64,000 nt of DNA from an uncultured virus (IMG/VR IMGVR_UViG_646564563_000001) (IMGVR_UViG_646564563_000001); one strand, 5' to 3'; positions 19,589 through 28,812 are shown, numbered from the stretch's first letter. Made by a program: numbers and translations. Notes: generated from the letters alone by a model not told the origin.

Positions 19589-20146
19589 ATGCCCACGATC
19601 GAAATCACTGACTACGACTTCGCCCGCCTGCAGAAAGTGGCCGTGCCGTTCATCGACACGCCCGCGACGGTCTTTACGAAGGTGATGGACGCCTTCGAGC
19701 GCGCCAACACTGCGGCGGCTGCTCCGGCCTCCGTTCCGGTCGCTACGGCCAACCTGCCGGTCTACCATCACGACAATCTCCCTCCGCTTACCCATACGAA
19801 GCTGCTTGAGGCTACTTTTGATGGGAAGCAGCCCGAGAAGGTCGCGTGGGACGCGCTTGTGCGGCTGGCCTTGATCGAGACCAAGGAGCAGGCGGGTTCG
19901 ATCCAGGGGCTGCGCAAGATCGCGGCAGCAAACATCGTTGAAGGCCGCAAGGACGACGAAGGCTACAAGTTCCTCCCTGAGCATGGCTTTTCCTATCAGG
20001 GCGTTTCGGCAGAGGATGCGGTCAAGATCGTCTTCCGCTGCGCCAAGGGGCTGAAGGTCAACCTCTTTGCCGAGTTTGAATGGCGGTCCAAAGACGATGC
20101 CTACCGCCCCGGCGAACGGGCGCGCCTCGAGTACCGCGCCAGCTGA
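19589..20146 (+). CDS. SepA-family-like protein with SeqA/RHH-like N-terminus (antisense moron)
   Basis: MPTIEITDYDFARLQKVAVPFIDTP, PPLTHTKLL, FEWR.K..A..PG; own GGAG RBS. Confidence 0.65.
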   Translation: MPTIEITDYDFARLQKVAVPFIDTPATVFTKVMDAFERANTAAAAPASVPVATANLPVYHHDNLPPLTHTKLLEATFDGKQPEKVAWDALVRLALIETKEQAGSIQGLRKIAAANIVEGRKDDEGYKFLPEHGFSYQGVSAEDAVKIVFRCAKGLKVNLFAEFEWRSKDDAYRPGERARLEYRAS

Positions 20147-20154
20147 ACAGTTGA

Positions 20155-21678
20155 TCATTGTTCCTCCGTGGGCGGGTCGCGATCCGTCGCGTCCACGGCT
20201 TGCGCGAGACCGGCGCGGCTGACGCGGCGGGGATCAGCATCGAAAATCAGGCCCAGCTGATCGAAGAGGGCGGCGTACTTCTGCCATTCCTCGACGACTT
20301 CGCGCGGGTCGTAACCGCGGCGGGCGATCTGCTGGGCGGGGGTTGAGAAGCCCGCACGGACCTCCATCAGATCGGCCGTCACGTCCTGCAGCGGGTTCAC
20401 GCTTTCAAACCGGGGCGGGGCCCATTCGACGGCGATCTCGGGCTGGGGCAGGGCACCAGCCGTCCAGGCGGCCTCCATCACCCAATCCCAGATGCGCTGG
20501 CAGAACATCGGGATCACCACTTGCCACTGGACCGCTTCGACCATGCGCCGGAACTCGTGCAGGCCGACGCGCGAGGAGGCGAAGTTCACCTGTGACAGAT
20601 CGCCCGTCATCAGCTCGTAGGGCACGCGGAACCCGGCCGAGATGATGTGCTGCTGAACCTGGTTCCATTCGTAGATGCCCGAGGTGGAGGCGGGCGTGCT
20701 GAACTTGATGTCCTTGCCGTTGCGCACGTATCCGATCAGACCGGGTTCGAATTGTTCGATCCGGTTGCCGTCGGCATCCTGCACCACCGGCGCCATGGAT
20801 TGCTGATCCTCGTCGGCGCCGAAGACGAAGCCGACCATAGAGGCTTCGATCTTCTTGCGGACCAGTTCGGCGGTCTGCCAGTCGCCCAGTTCCCTGAGCG
20901 CCCGCATGGCGGGCACGCCCCAAGGCACGCCGCGGTTCTGCACGCGCTGGCGTTCGAAGAGGTGGGCGACGCCGTCTGCCCCGACCCTCAGCGATTCAAA
21001 CCGGCGCCCGAAGACCGGCATCGCATCGCCGGGATGGTCGGGGAACATCCAGTAGCCCCGGCGGCGGCCGAGCGCGTCGTATTCGATGCCCTGGACGATC
21101 CGGCCTCCGTCAGGCCGGTTGTCGAACTTGGCCCCATCGAGGTGATCGGCCTCGTTGAGCTGGATCTGCACTGGGGCTGCCAATCGGTCACTGGCCCGGC
21201 GGCGATGGCGCAGGGCAAAGACTTCGCCGCCTTCGATCATTTCGCGCACGGCCAGAGCGGTCAGGCCGTGGAAGTCGGTGTGCCCATCGGCATCGGCACG
21301 CGGCGCCCAGCGCTTCCAGAGATCATCGGCGAGCTTGTTCAGCGCCGGATCGGCCGCCGCGGCCCGGGGACGAATGCCGGTGCCGACGATGTTCGACACC
21401 AGAACCTGTACGGCCTTTGCGGCAAGCGGATCATTGCGGACCAGATCGCGCATGCGGTCGCGCAGGGCGCCACCCGCAACTGCGATTTCCGCGTCGGCCG
21501 CGGTGCTGCCTGCGCGCCAGCCATCCGTGCCGCGCCCGCGGGCGGCAGCATCGTAGCCCCGCCGAAGGTTGGCGATTGCCACCCGGGCGGCATAGCGCCG
21601 GGCGGCCGTGCGGGGCGCGACCGTCGCCACGATCCGATCGATCACGCCCCAGGGCACATCGGGCGGCGAGGGTTTCAT
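20155..21678 (-). CDS. Lambda-family portal protein
   Basis: LRDRMRDLVRN, QGIEYDALGRR, YELMTGDLSQVNFASSR. Confidence 0.95.
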   Translation of the reverse strand: MKPSPPDVPWGVIDRIVATVAPRTAARRYAARVAIANLRRGYDAAARGRGTDGWRAGSTAADAEIAVAGGALRDRMRDLVRNDPLAAKAVQVLVSNIVGTGIRPRAAAADPALNKLADDLWKRWAPRADADGHTDFHGLTALAVREMIEGGEVFALRHRRRASDRLAAPVQIQLNEADHLDGAKFDNRPDGGRIVQGIEYDALGRRRGYWMFPDHPGDAMPVFGRRFESLRVGADGVAHLFERQRVQNRGVPWGVPAMRALRELGDWQTAELVRKKIEASMVGFVFGADEDQQSMAPVVQDADGNRIEQFEPGLIGYVRNGKDIKFSTPASTSGIYEWNQVQQHIISAGFRVPYELMTGDLSQVNFASSRVGLHEFRRMVEAVQWQVVIPMFCQRIWDWVMEAAWTAGALPQPEIAVEWAPPRFESVNPLQDVTADLMEVRAGFSTPAQQIARRGYDPREVVEEWQKYAALFDQLGLIFDADPRRVSRAGLAQAVDATDRDPPTEEQ

Positions 21679-21884
21679 GTGCGGCCCCGGCTGAAGCTAG
21701 CCTTGCCCGCAACCGGCCGGGTATTGCCCGTGCCAGTTGCCATCTGCCCCTCGATGAAGCGGATGCGGGCCAGAAGATCGGCGGCATTCCCATAGGTCAG
21801 GCGGCGCCCATCGTATTCCACCACCAAGGCGCCTGCGGCATAGGCGCGGTGGAGCGCATCAAGTTCGGCTTGCGAGAAGGACAT
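21675..21884 (-). CDS. gpW-like head completion protein
   Basis: MSFSQAELDAL..AYAAG...VEYDGRRLTY. Confidence 0.85.
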   Translation of the reverse strand: MSFSQAELDALHRAYAAGALVVEYDGRRLTYGNAADLLARIRFIEGQMATGTGNTRPVAGKASFSRGRT

Positions 21885-23866
21885 CAGAGCCATTTTCCAC
21901 GTCGGGGCCCGAGCCAGCCGGTTGGGCGCTTCGGGGCAGATTGCGGTTGCGGCCGGTCGGGTTGACCGGCCGGGGTGGTTGCCGGGCGCGCAGGCCCGAT
22001 CTGTTCTTCCAGCGCTTCCCAGCGCGCGTTGTCCCAGCGATCGATCCCCATCAGCCAGGCGGCGGCGCGGGCATAGACCCGGCAGTCGAGGGCCTCGTTG
22101 CGTTCCCGGGTCTGTTCCCATTCGAGCTTCTGATAGCCGGTGCGGGTTTTGCGGGTGACGAGTTGTTCAGACGTCAGCTGCTTCACCCATTCGGCCGTGG
22201 TGCCCTTCGGGATATGCACAAAGCCTGCGGGCCAGTCGGCCCCGGCTGCCCGTTCCTCATCGGTCGGCGCGGCCAGGCGCAGGAAACGGTAGGTCTCGGC
22301 CTTGAAGACGGCACCCGCCACTTTCCAGAGCCGGACCCCGCGGCGGAGCTTTCGGCCGCCTTCAGTCGTTTCCACATAGGTGGGCCCGTCCACTGGCGTT
22401 GATCGATCAAACCCGGCCACGCCCTTGATGGCGATCACTTGTCCGTGCCCAGCTTGCCGGACCCAAGCATAAACCGCGTCGGTCGTGGCGCCGTCACCTG
22501 AGTCGATCGCCACCCGCGCCAGTGCCATCCGGGCGCCCGAAGCGTGTTCCCATGTCATGCCGAGGAACTCATTCAGATCGGCCCAAACCTCCGCCCGGGC
22601 GGTGTCGCCCTCAAGGACGACGTGATCGACGAGCCAAGAGCGAAGATTCCGTCCCCAACCCCAAACGTCGATCTCGATCCGGTCGCGCTGCACGTCGATC
22701 CCTGCCGTGAGGATCAGCACACCGACAGGCGCACGGCCCAACTGCCAATCCTCGCGCCGCTCATAGAGCCGCTGCCAGTCCGGCGCTTCGCCGCGCTCCG
22801 CCCAGGTTTCGCCGAGGACGGTGTTCTTGACGGTTTTCAGTGCGGAGTCGTTGCCTTGCGCCTGATCCCAGCGCCGGGCGATTTCTTCCCAGGACAACCA
22901 CCCGAGGGGCGAGTAGAGCCCCGAGATGTGGAACCCGATCACGCCTGCCATCTCAGCCGAAGCCTGCACATCGGGTGCAGCCGTCGGCAGCCAATCCGCC
23001 CCGTTCTCCTCGTCCATCATCCATGTTTTGTGCCGCTCGGCGATTGGCGCCTCGCAATGTTCGCAGAGATAGGCGGCGGTGTCCGGTCGCCCCTTTTCCC
23101 AGCGCAGCCGTTCGAACTTCAGCCATTGCAGCCCGCCGCAATGCGGGCAGGGGACGTGATAGCGGCGCTGGTCGGTCAATTCGAACTCCCGCTCGATCCG
23201 GCTGAGGCCCTTGATCGTGGGCGTCGAGGCCAGGAAGATTTTCTTGCGGTGGCCGAAGCTGTCGGTGCGGGCTTCAGCCAGCGCCACCGGATCGCCTTCC
23301 CCCTCAAGGTCGCCCGGATAGGCGTCGACCTCGTCCAGAAAGAGCCAGCGCGCGGGCATTGACCGCAGCCCCACGGCCGAGTTCGCGCCGGTCAGCACCA
23401 ACTGGCCGCTGGGGAAACGCTTGGCCAGCACCGTGTTTCCGGCGTCGCGCGACCGGGCGGGCAGGACGAGGGCCCGGAGGTCTGGGCTTTCCTCGATCAG
23501 GGGTTCGATCCGCTGCTGGCTGAGGCTCTTGGCCAGATCGGTCGTCGGTTGCACCGCCAAGATCGGCCCCGGCGCGCGGTGGATGCAGAAGCCGATCCAG
23601 TTATTTCCGGCCTCGGTAGCGCCGACCTGCGCCGACTTCATGAACACCACCCGCTGCGCCGGGTTGTTCGGCGACAGGGCCTCCATGATCGCCTTGAGGT
23701 AGGGCGTCCGGCTGGTGCGATAGGGTCCGGCCTCTGACGCTGCCCGCGACGACAGGATGCGGTGCCGGTCTGCCCATTCAGCCACGGTCTGCGCCGGATC
23801 GGGCGCCAGACCCCGTGCCCAGGCGACAGCGATATCCTCCGCCCCCTCGAAGCTAGCGAAGTTCAA
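21884..23866 (-). CDS. Terminase large subunit (lambda gpA family)
   Basis: KSAQVGATE, LFLDEVD, STPTIKG, CPHC/CEHC, GIDVQ, RNEALDC. Confidence 0.96.
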   Translation of the reverse strand: MNFASFEGAEDIAVAWARGLAPDPAQTVAEWADRHRILSSRAASEAGPYRTSRTPYLKAIMEALSPNNPAQRVVFMKSAQVGATEAGNNWIGFCIHRAPGPILAVQPTTDLAKSLSQQRIEPLIEESPDLRALVLPARSRDAGNTVLAKRFPSGQLVLTGANSAVGLRSMPARWLFLDEVDAYPGDLEGEGDPVALAEARTDSFGHRKKIFLASTPTIKGLSRIEREFELTDQRRYHVPCPHCGGLQWLKFERLRWEKGRPDTAAYLCEHCEAPIAERHKTWMMDEENGADWLPTAAPDVQASAEMAGVIGFHISGLYSPLGWLSWEEIARRWDQAQGNDSALKTVKNTVLGETWAERGEAPDWQRLYERREDWQLGRAPVGVLILTAGIDVQRDRIEIDVWGWGRNLRSWLVDHVVLEGDTARAEVWADLNEFLGMTWEHASGARMALARVAIDSGDGATTDAVYAWVRQAGHGQVIAIKGVAGFDRSTPVDGPTYVETTEGGRKLRRGVRLWKVAGAVFKAETYRFLRLAAPTDEERAAGADWPAGFVHIPKGTTAEWVKQLTSEQLVTRKTRTGYQKLEWEQTRERNEALDCRVYARAAAWLMGIDRWDNARWEALEEQIGPARPATTPAGQPDRPQPQSAPKRPTGWLGPRRGKWL

Positions 23867-24461
23867 CTTTGACCTCCGACATCTCCGCCAGATGGCGGCG
23901 CAGATAGCGCATCAGCACCTGCTCCACGGCATGCGGCTCGGCCCCGAGTTCGGCGGCGATGTCCGCGGCCACCCGCGGCGGCCAATTCAGCCAGGCGTCG
24001 CGTTCACGCCGTGCCAGATCGAACACCATCGCGGTGGCCCGGGCGCGATCGACGACCTCGCCCTTCATCTTCTGCAACCTCACCCGGGCGGTCTGCGCTT
24101 TCAGTACCTCATTCGCCATCCGGGCTTTAACGAAGGAGACCTCGCCTCCGTCACCCGCCGCCGCGCCCGGGTCGGCCCCGGCTTCGGTCAAGGTTTCCGC
24201 CACGGCTGCGAAGGCCTGCCGCGGCACGGCCTTGGTGCCCGCAACTATCCGGGTCGCCGCCGCCGTGCCCCGGCCCAGATCCCGGGCATGGGCGCCGCGT
24301 TGCTTCGCCGGATCGGTGGACGCATCCCACATCGCATCGGCCTTGGCGGCGTCGATCGTGCCATCGGCCTCCGTCGTGATCCGCCCGGTGGCGATGGCCT
24401 TGCGCACGGCGCTTTCATGCACCCCGCGCAAGGCGGCATAGGCGCGCCGCGACAGCCCCAT
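23853..24461 (-). CDS. Terminase small subunit (Nu1-like)
   Basis: HTH MGLSRRAYAALRGVHESAVRKAI; ERDAWLNWP; immediately upstream of terL. Confidence 0.8.
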   Translation of the reverse strand: MGLSRRAYAALRGVHESAVRKAIATGRITTEADGTIDAAKADAMWDASTDPAKQRGAHARDLGRGTAAATRIVAGTKAVPRQAFAAVAETLTEAGADPGAAAGDGGEVSFVKARMANEVLKAQTARVRLQKMKGEVVDRARATAMVFDLARRERDAWLNWPPRVAADIAAELGAEPHAVEQVLMRYLRRHLAEMSEVKVELR

Positions 24462-24552
24462 CTTGCGACATTCTCCAATTAAGGCAGTGATTTGGACTTG
24501 CTCTTCGGACGGTCTCGGCAATGTCTGCGACACCTTGAAACGGAGGTTTCCG

Positions 24553-24774
24553 ATGCCCGCCAAGACCGCCCTGATGACCGGCCATGAGGCCAATTGCCTG
24601 GCCGCCGCCGACCATTTCATCGCCTGCCGCGGGTCGAAACCCGCGACCCGCATCCGCGCCCGGTTTGACCGAATCGATCAGGCCGAAGCCTTCGCCGCGA
24701 CCTTCGGCGACAGCCGCACGATGATCTACGCCGTCACCGCCGAAGGCCGCTCGGCCCACATCAAGAACGCCTGA
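24553..24774 (+). CDS. Hypothetical protein
   Basis: GGAGG RBS before MPAKTA. Confidence 0.7.
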   Translation: MPAKTALMTGHEANCLAAADHFIACRGSKPATRIRARFDRIDQAEAFAATFGDSRTMIYAVTAEGRSAHIKNA

Positions 24775-24785
24775 AGGAGGTACCG

Positions 24786-25371
24786 ATGTTCACCAACCTC
24801 TCCGCCGTCCAGATCAATCGCCTCGCCCAGCGCCTGAGCGATGCCCCCTTGGGCCGCAGCGCCAGCGTGGCCGCGGCCGCCGAACGGTTCGAACGGCTTC
24901 TGGCCGCCAAGATCGGCACCGACCGCGCGCCGAAGGCGATCAAGTCGATCCTGACCGCCCCGGGCTTGGAGACGGCCGCCGGGCGGTTGGCGGCCGAGAT
25001 CGACGCCTTCGAGCAGGAAACCGCGGCAGAACCGGCGCCGCCCCCTGCCGCCCCAGAACAAGCCGTCGAACCGGCGCCGATTGCCGAGGCTGAACCCGCC
25101 GCCGCGCCCAGCGCCCCGCGTCGTCGCCGGGATGCCGACCTCGAGGCCAAAGCCCGGCAGGGGGAACTCCCCCCGCCGCCCGATTTCTCCGCCCCGACCC
25201 ACGCCCGTTTCCGGGCGAAACTCGCCGCGCTGGTGGAACTGGCCGGAAAAGGCAGATGCCACGGGCCTGCGCGCAGTGCAAATCAACCCGGTGTCGTCCA
25301 GCCCCAAGGCGCTGGCCCGCTATCGCGACCTCGCAGTGCTGGCGATCGAAGCCCGGGAGGGCCGGGCATGA
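24786..25371 (+). pseudogene. Hypothetical gene broken by a 1-nt frameshift near 25245-25252
   Basis: PPPPDFSAPTHARFR..ELA continues in another frame as KADATGLRAVQINPVSSSPKALARYRDL. Confidence 0.6.
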
Positions 25372-25703
25372 AGATCACCCGCAGCTTCGAGCCCGGCGAC
25401 CGCTATCGCTACGACTTCGACCTTTGTTCCTGCGCCCGGGGATGGGCGCAGGTCGATACCGCGCAGGATGCCGCGTGGTTCGGCACATGGGCCTCGCCCG
25501 CCGAGCGGACGATCCTCAACTTCGCCGAGGGCGATGTCACCCGCACTTTCTGCGACACCGACGCAGAGTTCGCCGCCGCCCTGCGCGAGATCGATCGCTG
25601 GAACCGGGATCACGGCTATGGCCCGGCCCGGATCGACCCCGGCTTCGATCCGGCGCTGAAGGCGGCGTTCGAGGCGGTCGGGCTGGGGGATATGCTTCAC
25701 TGA
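25368..25703 (+). CDS. Hypothetical phage protein
   Basis: GGAGG RBS then MKITRSF..DRYRYDF..GWAQVDT.QDA.WFGTW. Confidence 0.75.
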   Translation: MKITRSFEPGDRYRYDFDLCSCARGWAQVDTAQDAAWFGTWASPAERTILNFAEGDVTRTFCDTDAEFAAALREIDRWNRDHGYGPARIDPGFDPALKAAFEAVGLGDMLH

Positions 25704-25736
25704 TCGCAAGTGCACTGAGTTCTTGCGGCGCGCATT

Positions 25737-26039
25737 CTAGGAGAAGATCTGAACCGCGCTTTTGACAAGCTGAACCACTTGCTCGTCGTTTAGATCACAC
25801 GATCTCCTCAGCTTTGGGTCGCTATCGATATTGGGTGGGGCTCCAATGACGAGAAACTTGGTCTCTTTCCCTTTTTCGTACGGAGCAGGCGCAAGGACTT
25901 CCCAATTATCAACACGCCCAAGTGTGACATAATGATCCGGCGAGCCAATCGCGTTCAGCAGATCCTTTTCGCTCGGATCAGAGTTTTGGAAGGTTACGTC
26001 AGTAATCTGCCCGCTGGGCTGAAGAATCTTTCCAATCAA
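25737..26039 (-). CDS. Low-GC hypothetical protein (start uncertain, TTG)
   Basis: AT-richer island; GAGGAG about 8 nt before TTG; open frame to 25737. Confidence 0.45.
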   Translation of the reverse strand: MIGKILQPSGQITDVTFQNSDPSEKDLLNAIGSPDHYVTLGRVDNWEVLAPAPYEKGKETKFLVIGAPPNIDSDPKLRRSCDLNDEQVVQLVKSAVQIFS

Positions 26040-26107
26040 GCGCACTTCTCCTCTAACGGGTTCTTCCCGAACCAGAGCTATACTCCAATCTCCCACTTGA
26101 GAAGAAG

Positions 26108-26812
26108 CTATCCCCTCGCCAGCGGCGCCACGTTCCAGAACAGCACTCGCCCCGGCCCGCGCTTGGCAAGGCACAACTCCCAGGCCTTTGCGTCGTAGTG
26201 CGGATCGGCTGGGAAGGGCGCGGCCAGCGCCGCTCGATCGCTGAACTTGCGGGGATGGACGTGGATCGTGGCATCGGCCACCTCGCGCGGGGTGAGGTCG
26301 CGGCCGATCTGGACGACATGGCGGCGGGCTTTCGGCCATGCGGCGGCAAGGCCACGGGCGAGGACGCCGGACCCGGCGGCGCACCAGACCTCTTCGGGGT
26401 CAAAGGCTGCCAGACGGGCAGCAGCGGCGATTGCCTCGACGGCGCCGGGGATTTCGGCGCCAAAGGGGATCAGGCTGGCGCCGGTGTTGCGGCAGTATTC
26501 GCGGGCGCGCGATTGCACGACCGACAGATAGCCCGGGCTGATCGGCACCACTTTGGCGCCGAGGCGGGCGGCCTCAAGCGTCCGAGGATGCGGCCGGGTG
26601 CGGGCGGCGACGAAGATCGTGGCGCGTTTGCCGAGGCCCCGCGCCACCGTGGCGATTGCCGTCTGGGCGCCGCCCTCGGGCGGGCTGGCATAGACCGCCT
26701 CCTGCACCCCGTCGAAGACCTGCGCGATGAAGCGGGCCTTGGTGCCGCCCGGGAAGAGGTCGTCGCGGACAACGGCAATGCCATGGTGCATTTCAAGGAT
26801 CGGGGCGGTCAT
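26108..26812 (-). CDS. Minimal PLP-dependent enzyme (fold type II)
   Basis: RDDL..GGTKAR (Schiff-base Lys), GSG phosphate loop, YDAK, LFWNV. Confidence 0.8.
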   Translation of the reverse strand: MTAPILEMHHGIAVVRDDLFPGGTKARFIAQVFDGVQEAVYASPPEGGAQTAIATVARGLGKRATIFVAARTRPHPRTLEAARLGAKVVPISPGYLSVVQSRAREYCRNTGASLIPFGAEIPGAVEAIAAAARLAAFDPEEVWCAAGSGVLARGLAAAWPKARRHVVQIGRDLTPREVADATIHVHPRKFSDRAALAAPFPADPHYDAKAWELCLAKRGPGRVLFWNVAPLARG

Positions 26813-27783
26813 TGGTCGTCCTCCGGTTCGTCGTCGGTATCCGGCCCTTCGATCTCGCCGAACTCCACCGGCCCGCAGGCCTCGGTCGCCTTGCGGGGAT
26901 CGCCTTTGCGGAACACCAGCACGTTTTGGTGGGTCCGGCCGAGCTTGCGGGCGACGGTGAACTGGCGGCCGACACGGATCGGCAGCGAGCCAACGGCCGT
27001 GACGAGGATCGCGTCGTTGTAGAACCGTGCGCCCGCGGCCTCAAAGGCCTCGACCGTCAGGCCGGGCAGGTTGACGAAGAACCCATCGGTATCGCGCACA
27101 TCGCCGATCACCCAGACGGCGAAGCGGTTTGGCCGCAGGCGGGCGACGGCCTGGGCGATGATTTCGGCTTGGGCCTTCAGGAAGTCGGCCAGGGGCATGG
27201 TGGAAAGGTCCGAGGGGTCATCGGAATAGCGTTCGAGGTTCCAGTAGGGCGGGGAGCTGAACACCAGATCGGCCTCGATGCCAGCGGTCAGCCGGGCCAG
27301 ATCGCGGCTATCTCCGGCGATCCAGTGCGGGGCCGGGTCGCCCGCGAGATCGGCTTGCGCTTGGTTCGCGGCCACCTGTTCGGCGCGGAGTTCGATCCCG
27401 ACGTAGGGGCGGCCAAGGCGGGCGGCGACAATGCCGCGGACGGAACCGCCCGCGAAGGGGTCCAGGACGGTGCCACCCGGCGGGCAGAACCAGCGATAGG
27501 CGATTTCGCAAAGGACGGGATCGAAGATCGACGTTCCCGAGGCCGTTGGGGCGTCCGAGGCGGCGTAATGGTCGGCCAGGAATTCCTCGGTGGTCATTTC
27601 CCGGCCGAGTTCTGCCTCCTTGGCGCGCTTCTTGACGTAGAATGACGGGTCGCCAGAGGTGTGCGACGGCATCAGGACACCGCCATTCTGCGGGGTAGCC
27701 GATTGTGAGGCGGGCCCAGCGCCGACGACATGCTCGCCGCGCATCAGGTCCTGGCCGAACGTGCGGGCGGGGCCCTTAGCCAT
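26809..27783 (-). CDS. SAM-dependent DNA amino-methylase-fold protein
   Basis: SIFDPVLCE..YRWF, VLDPFAGGSVRG (motif I), GIEL, SPPY (motif IV); AAGGAGG RBS before MAKG. Confidence 0.85.
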   Translation of the reverse strand: MAKGPARTFGQDLMRGEHVVGAGPASQSATPQNGGVLMPSHTSGDPSFYVKKRAKEAELGREMTTEEFLADHYAASDAPTASGTSIFDPVLCEIAYRWFCPPGGTVLDPFAGGSVRGIVAARLGRPYVGIELRAEQVAANQAQADLAGDPAPHWIAGDSRDLARLTAGIEADLVFSSPPYWNLERYSDDPSDLSTMPLADFLKAQAEIIAQAVARLRPNRFAVWVIGDVRDTDGFFVNLPGLTVEAFEAAGARFYNDAILVTAVGSLPIRVGRQFTVARKLGRTHQNVLVFRKGDPRKATEACGPVEFGEIEGPDTDDEPEDDQ

Positions 27784-28552
27784 GAGCGGCCTCCTTCCGG
27801 GCACGCTTGCCCTCCTTGTGGCGATAGTGGTCGATGTCCTTGTGGATCGGGGCCGGGTCGGCGGTGCCCAAGCCGGGGACGGCGGGGAAGGACTTCTCGC
27901 CCGGCCAACCACGATCCAGCAGGCGGGGCGCACCGCCGGGGGCAGCGCCGCGGCCGAGTTCGGAGCGAATACCCAGATCCAGCCAGGCGCGCTTGCGATC
28001 CTGCCACCAGCCCTTGCGGGCCTCGAACACCGAGAAGGGCGGGATGCCGAAACGTTCGGCGAGGTTCGCCGACGGGGCGGGGGCAGCGGCGGCGCCGCCG
28101 GTGCTTTCGCCCTCGGCGTTGCCGTCACTTCCACCCATCCCGAACCCCTCGAACCCGGCCATGATTTCGTCGAGCTCCGTCTCGTCAAAGCCGATCAGGT
28201 CCAGATCGAAATCTGCCTCGCGCAGCGTCGCTAGTTCCGACCGCAAGAGGTCGTCGTCCCACCCGGCATTCTCGGCGATGCGGTTGTCGGCGATCACCAG
28301 CGCTCTGCGCTGGGCCTCGGTCAGATGGTCCAGCACGATCACCGGAACCTCGGTCAGGCCCAGCGCCTTGGCGGCCATCAGGCGGCCGTGGCCTGCGATG
28401 ATCACCTCGTCCTCGCCGATCAGGATCGGGTTGGTGAAGCCGAACTCGGCGATCGAAGCCGCGATCTGGGCGATTTGATCCTCGCTGTGGGTCCGAGCGT
28501 TGCGGATGTAGGGAACCAGCCGGTCAACCGAGAGCATGTCGATCTGAAGCAT
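27776..28552 (-). CDS. ParB/Srx-domain protein
   Basis: NARTHS..QI..IAASI.EFGFTNPIL, IIAGHGRL, IADNRIAE..GWD; C-terminal PPFSV...WQDRKRAW. Confidence 0.88.
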   Translation of the reverse strand: MLQIDMLSVDRLVPYIRNARTHSEDQIAQIAASIAEFGFTNPILIGEDEVIIAGHGRLMAAKALGLTEVPVIVLDHLTEAQRRALVIADNRIAENAGWDDDLLRSELATLREADFDLDLIGFDETELDEIMAGFEGFGMGGSDGNAEGESTGGAAAAPAPSANLAERFGIPPFSVFEARKGWWQDRKRAWLDLGIRSELGRGAAPGGAPRLLDRGWPGEKSFPAVPGLGTADPAPIHKDIDHYRHKEGKRARKEAAHG

Positions 28553-28601
28553 GGGGCGCGGGGCCTTTCGGAAGGGGCGGCCGGGCGGTGCGGCCTCAGG
28601 T

Positions 28602-28728
28602 GCGCACCCGCGCACCCAAGATGCGCACCCAAGGCGCGGACCCAGATTTTTGTTCTGTCACTAGCGGTTAGACGCGCCTAGGCCCCCCGCATACGCCTCC
28701 CTTCCGGGAGAACCTAACGCGGGGGGCC
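28602..28728 (-). other. Putative cos site (cosQ/cosN-like plus cosB-like repeats)
   Basis: Minus strand AGGTTCT..TATGC GGGGGGCCTAGG CGCG resembles lambda GGGTCCT..TTACG GGGCGGCGACCT CGCG; followed by GGGTGCGC repeats. Confidence 0.55.
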
Positions 28729-28812
28729 TGCCGGTAGCGGCGGCGGGAGCAGGGGTGACGGGGTTGGGGCCGAAGCTTCGCGCTTCCGACACCCTTCGCC
28801 ATCTTGCCTTCT

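Noticed and set aside
2451..24461. Bona fide gene transfer agent cluster
   Set aside because: Lambda-type gpA/portal, cos, rep and integrase indicate a prophage; only the tail tip is GTA-like
24786..25703. Single 305-aa protein
   Set aside because: Better explained as a frameshifted gene running into a separate gene with its own SD and ATG at 25368
13382..27783. General decay of prophage 1 suggested by odd residues in conserved motifs
   Set aside because: Impression from memory of consensus sequences only; cannot be supported without alignments
26809..28552. Frameshifted ParB-MTase fusion pseudogene
   Set aside because: The second ORF has a strong AAGGAGG SD and an overlapping start, consistent with a natural two-gene arrangement; not fully excluded
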